Assembly (NCBI GenBank): GCA_902805775.1
Contig: CADCUB010000001.1
Span: forward strand, 30,234 to 94,233
Direction: 5' to 3'
DNA: 64,000 nucleotides
Origin: an uncultured Frankineae bacterium
Lineage (GTDB): Bacteria > Actinomycetota > Actinomycetes > Mycobacteriales > SCTD01
Position 1 is the stretch's first letter, and every line of letters begins with the position of its first letter. The position numbers and the translations under genes were made by a program. The notes beneath the pieces are model-generated. The model did no database searches and was not told where the DNA came from. It saw nothing but the letters and a program-made list of their open reading frames with translations. Positions 47,811-56,604 of the stretch are shown one piece after another.

Positions 47811-48287
47811 TCACAGCCTGGCCCGCCGACCGCCTCGGACGAGCGCGAGACCGGCCGCGACCAGGGCCGCACCGAGCGCGGTGTACCCCCAGTCGTAGAG
47901 CTGGTAGTCCTCCGTCATCCGGATGTGGTGGGCGCCCAGGAGCATGTGGAAGACGACCTGGTCGGTGATGTTGAACGCTCCCCACCCGACCAGCAGCGGG
48001 CCGACCAGGCTGCGCCACGGCAGGGTGCGCAGCTCGTCCCGGCTGCGCGCGGTCCACAGCAGGCCGACCAGCACGACCGTCCACGCCGCCAGGTGGAACA
48101 CCCCGTCCCACAGCGTGTTCGCGCGCAGCCCGGCGAGGTCGTCGGCGGAGCGGAAGTCCACGACCAGGTGGTGCCACTGCAGGATCTGGTGCAGCACGAT
48201 GCCGTCGAGGAACGCGCCGAGGCCGAAGCCGGTGAGGACGAGCGGTCGCACCGACGGGGACGGGCTCCTGCGGGCGGTGTCCGTCAC
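47811..48287 (-). CDS. DUF2243 domain-containing membrane protein
   Basis: 158 aa. GFGLGAFLDGIVLHQILQWHH...W.G.FNI.D.VVFH.LLG.HH pattern with four TM segments. Confidence 0.78.
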   Translation of the reverse strand: MTDTARRSPSPSVRPLVLTGFGLGAFLDGIVLHQILQWHHLVVDFRSADDLAGLRANTLWDGVFHLAAWTVVLVGLLWTARSRDELRTLPWRSLVGPLLVGWGAFNITDQVVFHMLLGAHHIRMTEDYQLYDWGYTALGAALVAAGLALVRGGRRARL

Positions 48288-48353
48288 GGGACGGCGGCTA
48301 CCCGGTGGGAGCCCGAGGCAACCGGGGCGGGCCGGACGCGGCGGCGGGCGGGG

Positions 48354-48572
48354 TCAGCCGACCAGGCGGCGCAGGACGTCGTCGGCGGCCAGGGCCGCCG
48401 GGGCCGTCGCGGCTCCCAGCGCGACGCGGCGCACGACCCGGGCGGCAGAGGCGGGGGACGCGTGCACGGCCGCTCGCCCGCGCAGGTCCGGGCGCCGGGC
48501 CCGGCAGCGCGGACAGGCCTCGTGCCGGCGCCACAGCACGACCTCGCACTCACGGCACAGGCTCACGGCCAC
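48354..48572 (-). CDS. possible small zinc-ribbon protein (72 aa)
   Basis: GTG start and very high GC3. CRECEVVLWRRHEACPRC gives CxxC-x12-CxxC. The rest is Ala/Arg-rich, so the call is weak. Confidence 0.35.
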   Translation of the reverse strand: MAVSLCRECEVVLWRRHEACPRCRARRPDLRGRAAVHASPASAARVVRRVALGAATAPAALAADDVLRRLVG

Positions 48573-48640
48573 CAGTGCAGCCGCCGCAGGTGACGGCGCG
48601 CCCTCCGGGCGGACAACGCCGGGCGAAAGCCCCGCGGCCG

Positions 48641-48719
48641 GACCCGTGCGCCCTCAGACCCGTGCGCCCTCAGACCCGTGGGCGCTCAGACCCGTGACGC
48701 TCAGACCCGTACGCCCTCC
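48641..48719. repeat. 16-bp tandem repeat, five copies, spanning the esterase stop codon
   Basis: Units: GACCCGTGCGCCCTCA twice, GACCCGTGGGCGCTCA, GACCCGTGACGCTCA (15 nt, its TCA is the esterase stop at 48701-48703), and GACCCGTACGCCCTCC (the last codons of the CDS). Confidence 0.85.
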
Positions 48720-50197
48720 CACACCTTCCGCTGCGCGCCCCGCGGGTCGGGGGTGACGGAGGTCAGCGTGCCGAAGACCTGCACCGGACGCCCGGTGAGG
48801 TCGTAGGCGGGCCAGCCGGGGTCGCCCGTGGTGACGAAGTCGACCCATGCCCGGTGCACCACGTCGGCCAGCTCCTGCGGGGCGTCCGGTCCGCCGAGCG
48901 CCTCGCTGCCCGGGGCCCCCAGCGTGTCGAAGACGAAGGGGATCTCCAGCGCGTGGCAGGCACCCAGGCGGCCGCCGAACTGCGGGCTGGGCCAGGCGAA
49001 CTCGTACACGTGCGTGGTGCCGGGCGCGCCGGCGCGCGCCTCGGCGAGCCGCAGCGCCGGGATGCGGAAGAACCAGTCCGTGGCCACCGCGACCATGAGC
49101 TCGCCGGGTGTGGCCGCCGGCGCGTCGCTGCGGTACGGGCGCAGCGCGTCGGGCGTCAGGCCGTACCCGCCGAGGACCATGGCGAGGACGGGCTCGCCGA
49201 CGAGGTCGACGAACCCGTTCGGGACGAGGAAGAGGGCGTGCTCGTCGGTGTTGGTGCCGATGAGCAGGTCGACCGAGCTGCCCGCGCCGGCCTGCACCGC
49301 CCGGACCGGCAGCACCGGCAGCACGTCGCCGTCGACGACCGGCTCGAACGCCATCGCGTTGAGGACGAGCTCGCCCCAGCGGCCGGGGTCGGGCGTCGCG
49401 GAGATCTCCTGGCTCAGCGCCTGCTGCGCCGCCACGAGCACGGCCGGGTCGACGGCGGCCAGCGCCTCACGGGTGAGCGGCACGCCGAGCCGCGCCGCGA
49501 GGGCCTCGGCGACCCTGCTCGCCGTCGCGGGCTGGAGGGCGAAGTGCCCCGACCCGCTCTGCGCCACGGCCCGGCCGAACAGCCCCTCGGCGCGCGGCAT
49601 GCTCAGCAGCGACACCACGCTCATCGCCCCGGCCGACTCCCCCGCGACCGTCACGCGAGCGGGATCGCCGCCGAAGGCCGCGATGTTGTCCCGCACCCAC
49701 TCGAGCGCGGCGACCTGGTCGAGCAGACCCCGGTTCGCCGGCCCGTCGTCCCCGAAGTGCAGGAAGCCGTCGACCCCGAGCCGGTAGTTGAAGGTCACCG
49801 TCACGACGCCGTCGCGGGCGAAGGCGGTGCCGTCGTACTGCGGGACGGCGCCGGAGCCGTTGACGAACGCGCCGCCGTGCACCCACACCAGGACCGGCAG
49901 GCCGTCGGCGCCGTCCGGCGTCCACACGTTGACGGTGAGCACGTCCTCGCCCGGGATCACCGGCTCCGGCAGCAGGACGTCCACCGGCACCGGGTACGGC
50001 GGCTTGAGCGCGGTGGGGCCGAAGTCGGTGCAGGTGCGGACCCCGTCCCACGGCGCCGGCGGGGCGGGCGCGGCGAAGCGCAGGTCGCCGAAGGGCGGTG
50101 CGGCGTACGGGACCCCCTTGAACGCGCGGACCGACCCCTGCGCCGAGCCGCGGACCGCACCGGACGTGGTCGTCACCTCGAGCTGCATGGGCGGCAC
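48701..50197 (-). CDS. type-B carboxylesterase/lipase family protein
   Basis: 498 aa. FKGVPYAAPP, VWVHGGAF and the nucleophile elbow GESAGAMSV are present. No signal peptide. Confidence 0.9.
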   Translation of the reverse strand: MPPMQLEVTTTSGAVRGSAQGSVRAFKGVPYAAPPFGDLRFAAPAPPAPWDGVRTCTDFGPTALKPPYPVPVDVLLPEPVIPGEDVLTVNVWTPDGADGLPVLVWVHGGAFVNGSGAVPQYDGTAFARDGVVTVTFNYRLGVDGFLHFGDDGPANRGLLDQVAALEWVRDNIAAFGGDPARVTVAGESAGAMSVVSLLSMPRAEGLFGRAVAQSGSGHFALQPATASRVAEALAARLGVPLTREALAAVDPAVLVAAQQALSQEISATPDPGRWGELVLNAMAFEPVVDGDVLPVLPVRAVQAGAGSSVDLLIGTNTDEHALFLVPNGFVDLVGEPVLAMVLGGYGLTPDALRPYRSDAPAATPGELMVAVATDWFFRIPALRLAEARAGAPGTTHVYEFAWPSPQFGGRLGACHALEIPFVFDTLGAPGSEALGGPDAPQELADVVHRAWVDFVTTGDPGWPAYDLTGRPVQVFGTLTSVTPDPRGAQRKVWEGVRV

Positions 50198-50252
50198 CCT
50201 GTCACGGGGACGAGCGGCGAGGACGCGTGCCCCCGGCCACGGGGACGGGAGC

Positions 50253-50912
50253 TCAGCGACCGAGCCCGGCGTCGCGGGCCCGGACGATCGCCTCGGCCCG
50301 CCCGGCCACCTGCAGCTTGGCGAAGATCGCCGACACGTTGTTGCGGACGGTCTTGGGCGACAGGTACAGCGCCGCCGCGATCTGCGCGTTGCTGCGCCCG
50401 GCGGCGACCAGTGCGAGGACCTCCCGCTCGCGCTCGGTCAGCTCCGGGAACGCCGGGCCGTCGCTCGCCGCCGGCGCCGGCGACCGCGCGGCCGTGCTGA
50501 AGTAGGCGGCCGCCCGGCGCGCCAGAGCCGGGCCGAGGATGAGCTCGCCGCCGGCGACCGCGCAGATGGCGCGGGCGATGTCGTCCTGTCCGGCCCCCTT
50601 GAGCAGGTAGCCGCGGGCGCCGGCACGCATGGCGGCGAACACGCTCTCGTCGTCCTCGTACATCGTGAGGACGAGCACGGCGAGGTCCGGCGCGTCGGCG
50701 ACGACGGCTGCGGTCGCGTCGATGCCGTTCAGGCCGGGCATCTGCAGGTCCATGACGACGACGTCGGGCCGCAGCTCGCGGGCGCGCTCGACGGCCTGGC
50801 GTCCGTCCGCCGCGACACCGACCACCTCGATGCCGGACAGGCTGCCCAGCAGCATGCTCAGGCCGTCGCGGTAGACCGGGTGGTCGTCGCAGACCAGCAC
50901 GCGCAGCGTCAT
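50253..50912 (-). CDS. NarL/FixJ (LuxR-type) response regulator
   Basis: 219 aa. REC motifs: VLVCDDHP, VVVMDLQMPGLNG, YLLKG. LuxR HTH: LTEREREVLALVAAGRSNAQIAAALYLSPKTVRNNVSAIFAKL. ATGA overlap with the upstream kinase reading frame. Confidence 0.9.
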   Translation of the reverse strand: MTLRVLVCDDHPVYRDGLSMLLGSLSGIEVVGVAADGRQAVERARELRPDVVVMDLQMPGLNGIDATAAVVADAPDLAVLVLTMYEDDESVFAAMRAGARGYLLKGAGQDDIARAICAVAGGELILGPALARRAAAYFSTAARSPAPAASDGPAFPELTEREREVLALVAAGRSNAQIAAALYLSPKTVRNNVSAIFAKLQVAGRAEAIVRARDAGLGR

Positions 50913-52423
50913 GCGTGCACCCGGGCGTGCGGGCCGGCCTGCTCGGGCACCGTCGGCCGCAGCGGCAGGCGGACCCGTACGACCGTGCCGCCCGACGGCG
51001 GGCAGGCGACGCTGACGTCGCCCCCGAGCTCGTCGGCCCGCTCCCGCAGCGACACCAGCCCCACGCCCACCGTCGTCTGCTCCGGGATGCCGACCCCGTC
51101 GTCGCGCACCTCGACCGTCAGGGCCGCGCCCCGCTCGAGGACGACGGTGGCGGTGGACGCGCGCGCGTGCCGGACGACGTTGGCCAGCGCCTCCGACACG
51201 ATCCGGTAGGCGGCGACCTCGACCGCGGCCGGCAGGCCGGTGAGGTCGTCCCGGCTGAGGACCTCCACGTCGAGCCGGTGCTCGCCCTCGTCGCGGCGCA
51301 GCCGCGCGGCGAGCTGCTCGAGCGCCCCGACCAGACCCAGCTCGTCCAGCGCCGGCGGGCGCAGGCCGTGCACCAGGCGGCGGACGTCGGCGAGCACCGC
51401 CCCGACGTCGGCGACGGTGTCGGCGAGCAGCGCGTCAGCCCGCTCCGGTGCGCGGGAGTAGAGGTTGCGGGCCGTCTCCACCCGCAGGGACAGCGCGCCC
51501 AGGGCCGGGCCCAGGCCGTCGTGCAGGTCCCGGCGCAGCCGGCGCCGCTCCTCCTCCCGGGCCTGCACGAGAGCCTCCCGGCCGGTCTGCAGCTCCTCGG
51601 CCAGCAGCGCGGCCCGGTGCGCCCCGCCGCCTGCCGGACGACGTCGGCGAGCAGCCGCTGGTCGTCGTCGGACAGGCGCAGCCCGGCGGGCGGCGAGAGC
51701 ACCAGGCGACCGATCTGCTCACCCCGGTAGGTGACCGGCAGGTCGAGAGTGCGCCCGCCGGGATCGCCGTGCTCGGCGACGACCAGCGAGCCGTCGCTGC
51801 GCTCCAGCTCGACGCGGACGTAGCGGGAGGAGAAGGCGGCTCCGACCGACCGGGCCACTGCCAGCAGCTGCGCGTCGGGGTCCGAGCTGTCCTCCAGCCG
51901 CTCCGCCAGCGCCGAGACGACCTCGTACGGGTCGTCCCGGCGTCCGCGCAGCAGCCGCCGCACCCCGTGCTGCAGGCGCACGCGCAGCGGGCCGTAGAGC
52001 ACCCCGACGACGGCCACCGCGACCAGGGCCGACTCCCGGCCGGTGACCAGGGAGCCGGCCAGGGAGAACACGGCGATGTCGATGCCGACCACGAGCGCCG
52101 CGAGGGCGCCGTAGAGCAGCGTCCAGCCCAAGCGGCACGGGCAGCATGAGCACCGACCCCACACCCAGCGCGAAGAAGTACGCCGCCGCTGCGCCGAGCG
52201 TGCCGGGGGCGGTGTGCAGGGAGTGCACCTGCCAGCCGGCGGCGACCGCGTCGACGCACCACAGCAGGCCGCCGACGGCCATCACCCAGCCGACCGGATG
52301 GCTGCCGAGCCGGCGCAGGAGCAGGCACCCGGGGAGGGCCAGCGCGAGCCCTTGCAACGCGGAGGACCAGGCCGGGTAGCTCTCCCCGGGGACCACCGTG
52401 GCCCGGTTGAGCAGGTCGAGCAC
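50909..52423 (-). pseudogene. HisKA_3-type sensor histidine kinase split over three reading frames by two frameshifts
   Basis: Frame A (track ORF 51719..52423) has credible TM helices up to ...GVGSVLMLPVPLG. Frame B (51118..52164) is credible from WTLLYGALAALVVGIDIAVF to ...LLADVVRQAAG. Frame C (50909..51568, extendable upstream as AHRAALLAEELQTGREALV) carries QAREEERRRLRRDLHDGLGP plus the HATPase domain. The junctions lie near 52110-52150 and at a C4/G4 run at 51622-51625. The true N-terminus is unresolved. Confidence 0.6.
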
Positions 52424-52530
52424 GACGGCGGTCGCCGCCAGGACCAGGCAGCTGCCGAGCAGGAGCGGAACACCCCGGGCGGCACGGCGGTCCGGGAGGG
52501 CAGTCGTGACGCGGAGATCGTCTCAGGGGC

Positions 52531-52577
52531 GGTGTCCCGCCGTCAGCAGGACAGCGGTCCTGCCCCTGCGCGGGACA
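52531..52577 (-). terminator. possible nested stem-loop downstream of the BNR-like gene
   Basis: GTGTCCCGC (52531-52539) pairs with GCGGGACAC (52569-52577) and encloses the perfect hairpin CAGGAC-AGCG-GTCCTG (52546-52561). No T-tract. Confidence 0.35.
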
Positions 52578-52703
52578 CGGGACAGGACGGCGGCCCCTGC
52601 CGGACCGGGTCGCGGGCGCGGCACCCGCTCATCCGCAGCGCACCGTGCGCCCCACTCCACCACTGGAGCAGACGTGACGATCGCGCCGCTGGTCTGCCCG
52701 GCG

Positions 52704-54194
52704 TCAGCCGTCCTGCTCCTGCGCGCCGGGCACCGGGCTGCCGGTGTAGACGAAGATCCGGCCGCTGTCGTGACGCTGGTACAGCCGGCCGCCGGACGCC
52801 GCGATGTCCACCGTCGCGGGGTTGTCGTCCAGCTCCTGCCAGCCCGTCCCGGGAGTGCCGGTGGAGGAGTAGACGCGGCCGCTGCTGTGCCGCTGGTACA
52901 GCGCACCGCCGTCCGCGACGATCTGCACGGTCGCCGGGTTGTCGTCCAGCTGCTGCCACCGCGGCTGCGAGGCCTCGCGCCGGAAGCGCACGACGCGTGG
53001 CACCACCTCGTTGCGCGTCCCGCCGCCCTCGAGCGTGAAGCCGGCGGCGACCCACCCGCTCCCGTCGGGTGCGTCCCGTCGGCAGGTGAGGTAGTCGCCC
53101 CACTTCGGCTCGCCCGGAGCATGGGTGCCCGGGCTGGTCACGACGCTGGTCCACGCTCCGGCGGCGTCGTCGCGCACCCCCACCACGTGCCCCGGAGGTC
53201 GGTCCGCCCCACCGTGGAACGCGGTGAAGGCCAGCACGCCGTCGGCGTTGGCAGCGGCGGCGGGATAGGCCCAGGCACGGCTGTCGTGCCAGATGTCCGG
53301 CTCGTCGACGACCTGCTTGGACGCCTCGCCGATCCGCACGCAGCGGCAGTACGCGTGCGGGCGGCCCGGCTTGCTGCCTGCCGTCCACAGGAAGGTGATC
53401 GTGCCGTTGCCGACAGCGCCACCGGTGATGCGGGAGTCGGCCCTGCCGAGCCAGTCGACGCCGTTGGGCCCTGTCGAGGAGATGTCACCGCTCCAGGCGC
53501 CCACGGGCACGTCCCACCAGGACAGGCCGGTCGCCGCGTCCGGCCAGGCGAACAGCCGCAGCTGGTCCAGCCTGTTGTGGCTCGCCCAGTACATCGTGTG
53601 GGTCGCGCCCTGCGTCAGCCGCAGCGAGCCGTTGCTGGTGGTGGACCAGTGGGAGAACGACAGGTTGCCGCCGGCGGCGAGGGCGTCCAGGGGGAAGCGC
53701 ATGACCGACGCGCGCTTCCAGGCGTCGGAGGCGTCGAACATGTTGAAGGTGACCACCAGGTGCTGGTCGGTGAGGGCGGCGTCCGGGTAGTCGAACCACT
53801 GCCCGGCGAAGGCCGCGTCGAGATGGGTGGGCGCGATGTCCCACCAGCCCCAGCTCCCGCTCGCGAAGTCACCGTCGGAGGTCACCGCGATCCGGAAGAC
53901 GTTGGCGCCGTCCTGCGCGATGTACTGCAGGATCCAGATCCACAGCCCGCGCGCGTCGTCGTGCAGGGTGACCTGGTCGCAGCAGAACCCGCCCGCGGCG
54001 GCGGGCAGAGCGGTGAAGGGGTCCACGTGGGTCCACGACGCTCCCCCGTCCGTCGAGCGGCTGGCGTACCAGTTGCCGGTGACGAACAGCTGGTCGCCGG
54101 AGGATCCGAGGGACGGCTCGCCGACCGTCGAGGTCCTGCCGCCGGTCGCGGCGTCCTGCAGCCCGGCGTTGACGGCGAGGGTGATGGCGGACAT
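52704..54194 (-). CDS. BNR/Asp-box beta-propeller-like protein with two C-terminal 39-aa repeats
   Basis: 496 aa with no signal peptide. Asp-box SRSTDGGASW. The C-terminus has WQQLDDNPATVQIVADGGALYQRHSSGRVYSSTGTPGTG followed by WQELDDNPATVDIAASGGRLYQRHDSGRIFVYTGSPVPG (117-nt period, 52725-52958). Confidence 0.75.
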   Translation of the reverse strand: MSAITLAVNAGLQDAATGGRTSTVGEPSLGSSGDQLFVTGNWYASRSTDGGASWTHVDPFTALPAAAGGFCCDQVTLHDDARGLWIWILQYIAQDGANVFRIAVTSDGDFASGSWGWWDIAPTHLDAAFAGQWFDYPDAALTDQHLVVTFNMFDASDAWKRASVMRFPLDALAAGGNLSFSHWSTTSNGSLRLTQGATHTMYWASHNRLDQLRLFAWPDAATGLSWWDVPVGAWSGDISSTGPNGVDWLGRADSRITGGAVGNGTITFLWTAGSKPGRPHAYCRCVRIGEASKQVVDEPDIWHDSRAWAYPAAAANADGVLAFTAFHGGADRPPGHVVGVRDDAAGAWTSVVTSPGTHAPGEPKWGDYLTCRRDAPDGSGWVAAGFTLEGGGTRNEVVPRVVRFRREASQPRWQQLDDNPATVQIVADGGALYQRHSSGRVYSSTGTPGTGWQELDDNPATVDIAASGGRLYQRHDSGRIFVYTGSPVPGAQEQDG

Positions 54195-54203
54195 GGGGCG
54201 CTC

Positions 54204-54470
54204 CTACGGCTCTGTCGGCTCGGTCGGGGGGACGTCGTCGGCGGCGGCGCTCTCGCGAGCGGCGCCTGCCGGTGCTGACGACGGCGCCAGGGGTGGGCCC
54301 GCGGGCTTGCGCGTCGTCGACAGGCTCCGCTGCCTGTCGTCGAGGTCGGGCGTCGCGTCGGACTGGGCGCCGGTGGACTCGCGGGCCTGGCGGGTGGCCT
54401 CGCCGAGGTGCACGAGCTCGCTGGCCTCCTGCCCGTCGGGCGCTGCAGGGTCGTCGGTGGGTCGCGTCAC
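54204..54470 (-). CDS. small acidic, Pro/Ala-rich hypothetical protein (88 aa)
   Basis: GTG start with a perfect AGGAGG 6 nt upstream. It ends 9 nt before the BNR-like gene. Composition suggests an intrinsically disordered protein. Confidence 0.55.
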   Translation of the reverse strand: MTRPTDDPAAPDGQEASELVHLGEATRQARESTGAQSDATPDLDDRQRSLSTTRKPAGPPLAPSSAPAGAARESAAADDVPPTEPTEP

Positions 54471-54527
54471 GGTGGACCTCCTGTGTGGGTCGAGGGCGAG
54501 GGGCGGAGCTGGGGCGACCGGTGGAGC

Positions 54528-54550
54528 CGAGGGCCCACGCAGGGCCCTCG
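54528..54550 (-). terminator. stem-loop downstream of the TauE/SafE gene
   Basis: CGAGGGCC (54528-54535) pairs with GGCCCTCG (54543-54550) around a 7-nt loop, 24 nt after the stop codon. Confidence 0.45.
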
Positions 54551-54573
54551 CCGCTCACCGGACGCAGGTGGCG

Positions 54574-55296
54574 TCACAGCCCGACCAGCAGCCGGGCGGA
54601 GTAGCCGGCCATGACCGTCCAGAACAGACCGGCGTAGCCGCGCTCGCCGAGCTGCCGGTTCAGGTGCCGGCCGAGCAGGCTGGCGCCCAGCATCAGCGGC
54701 ACGGCCGCCAGGGCGAGGCGGTACCCGTCGGCGCCGATCAGCTGTGCCTCCGTCCAGACCGCCGTCTTGGTCAGGTCACCGACGAGCGAGGCCAGCGACA
54801 GCGCACCGACGAGGTGCTGCCGGTCCAGGCCCAGCCGGCGCACCGCCAAGCCCTTGAGCGGGCCGGACGTCCCGGAGAAGCCCGACGTCGCGCCTGCGCC
54901 GAAGGCCAGGACGCGGGGGTCGAGCCGCGGAACGCTCCGGCGCTCGACGCGCTCGTTGACGTACGCCAGCGCGAACGTCACCAGGACGGCGGCGACGACC
55001 AGCCGCTCCGGCGCTGCGACGAGCAGGACGGCGCCGGCGAAGGCGCCGACGGTCATCAGCACGACGACCGGTGCCGCCTTGCGGTAGGGGATGGTGCGCC
55101 GGTACAGGACCACCTTCACGATGTTGTTCGCCGCCAGCAGCAGCGCGGCCAGGGCGATGCCCGGCTTCACGCCCAGGACGAGCCCGAGCGCAGGGACGAG
55201 GACCAGGCTGCCGCCGAAGCCCGCCGACGCCGACACGGTGAACGACACGGCCACCGCGACGAGCACCAGCAGCACGAGCACGGGCTCCACGAGCAC
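54574..55296 (-). CDS. TauE/SafE (TSUP) family anion exporter
   Basis: GTG 55296 within ORF 54574..55755. 240 aa, about 7-8 TM segments. G.GGS.V.VP and AGATSGFSGTSGPLKG repeats are typical of TSUP. Confidence 0.8.
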   Translation of the reverse strand: MLVEPVLVLLVLVAVAVSFTVSASAGFGGSLVLVPALGLVLGVKPGIALAALLLAANNIVKVVLYRRTIPYRKAAPVVVLMTVGAFAGAVLLVAAPERLVVAAVLVTFALAYVNERVERRSVPRLDPRVLAFGAGATSGFSGTSGPLKGLAVRRLGLDRQHLVGALSLASLVGDLTKTAVWTEAQLIGADGYRLALAAVPLMLGASLLGRHLNRQLGERGYAGLFWTVMAGYSARLLVGL

Positions 55297-55513
55297 CCCC
55301 AGCGACGGTGGGTCCGTGCCGTCTCCGCGCGCGGGGAGCAGGCGCGCCGGGCGTGCACACGGCCGTCCGACGGCACCACGTCCCCGACCACCCGGGACGC
55401 GACGACTGTCCGTGACGGCGTCGGAATGCTGATCCTGGGAAGTGCGGCTGTCAAGCGCTTGTCGGCGCGCGCAGACGCCCGTCGTGCACAAAGCGGACGT
55501 GCTGCCAAACCTC

Positions 55514-55543
55514 TTGACGGGCCTGTCGCGGCGCGAGTAGACC
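55514..55543 (+). promoter_or_regulatory. weak candidate promoter for the five-gene operon
   Basis: TTGACG (55514-55519), an 18-nt spacer, then TAGACC (55538-55543, a poor -10). It sits in a comparatively GC-poor 270-nt divergent intergenic region. Confidence 0.25.
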
Positions 55544-55564
55544 TGATCGTCTCTACGCAGAGCG

Positions 55565-56572
55565 ATGACGGAGTCGCCGGCGAGTAGTCGCCCCCGTGAC
55601 GGCCTGTCGTCGCCCGGACTCGTGGACGTGAGGAAGCGGATGGCACCCTCGCTCGTGTACGTCCACGGCATCGGCAACAAGCTGCCGCGTGTCCCGTTGA
55701 CGCGCCTGTGGGACGCCGCCCTCTTCGGCGACGACTCCCGGTCCTCCTCGCGCATGGCCTACTGGGCGGACCTGCGCTACCCGCGGCCGTTGCCCGAGAG
55801 CGCGACGTCCGCACCGCCGTCCGACGGCGTCGTGTCGGTGCCCGAGAGCGCCGGCGGCGGCAGCGATCCGACGGCCCCGGAGGAGTTCGTCGAGGCAGTC
55901 CTGCGGGAGGCGGCGGGCTCGTCCGGGCGCCGGGCGCCGGAGTCGGCTGAGCCCGAGGCAGCCGCTGTCCCCCCTCCGGGCCTGGTCGCCTGGGGGCAGC
56001 GGATGACCTACGTCGCGGATGCGCTGGCTCGCGGCGCGGCGCCGGCCGCATCACAGCAGGAGGTCTTCCCGGGACCGAGGGCGGTCCGGCAGGCCGTGTT
56101 CCGCGCGCTGGTCGAGCGGGCCCTGAAGGACGTCCACGCCTACTTCTTCGGTGGGCAGCGGGAGCCGGTGCAGGACCGGCTGCGCGAGGTCCTGCAGGCG
56201 GTGGACGGGCCCGTGGTGCTCGTCGCCCACAGCCTCGGCTCCGTCGTGGCCTACGACGTGCTCCGGTCGTGGCAGGGCCCGGCACGGGAGGTCCCCCTGC
56301 TGGTCACCCTTGGCTCTCCACTGGGCACCGAGGAGATCCAGGACCTGCTGGTACGGCCGCTCCAGGTGCCCGACGGCACCGACCGCTGGCTCAACGCCTG
56401 CGACACCCGGGACGTCGTCGCCCTCGACCCGACGCTCCGGCGGGAGTTCCCGCCGGCGGAGCGGGTCTCGGACAGCATCGTCGACAACGACAGCGACAAC
56501 CACCACGGCATCGAGCCGTACCTGCGTGCAGCGGTGGTGCAGCAGGCCGTGCACGCCGCGCTGGCCGGCTGA
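55565..56572 (+). CDS. alpha/beta-hydrolase (lipase/esterase-like) protein, operon gene 1
   Basis: 335 aa. Beta-1 LVYVHGIGNK, nucleophile elbow VVLVAHSLGSVVAYDVL, then LVTLGSPLG, DTRDVVA and NHHGIEPY as candidate Asp/His. A low-complexity insert of about 110 aa follows the first strand. Alternative start at ATG 55640 (GAGGAAG upstream). Confidence 0.8.
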   Translation: MTESPASSRPRDGLSSPGLVDVRKRMAPSLVYVHGIGNKLPRVPLTRLWDAALFGDDSRSSSRMAYWADLRYPRPLPESATSAPPSDGVVSVPESAGGGSDPTAPEEFVEAVLREAAGSSGRRAPESAEPEAAAVPPPGLVAWGQRMTYVADALARGAAPAASQQEVFPGPRAVRQAVFRALVERALKDVHAYFFGGQREPVQDRLREVLQAVDGPVVLVAHSLGSVVAYDVLRSWQGPAREVPLLVTLGSPLGTEEIQDLLVRPLQVPDGTDRWLNACDTRDVVALDPTLRREFPPAERVSDSIVDNDSDNHHGIEPYLRAAVVQQAVHAALAG

Positions 56573-56604
56573 GCCGGCTGCTCCTGAGCCCCGAGGAGGC
56601 CCCC

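Noticed and set aside
48641-48719. Considered as a CRISPR array
   Set aside because: The units are only 15-16 nt and directly abut with no spacers. No cas genes are nearby.
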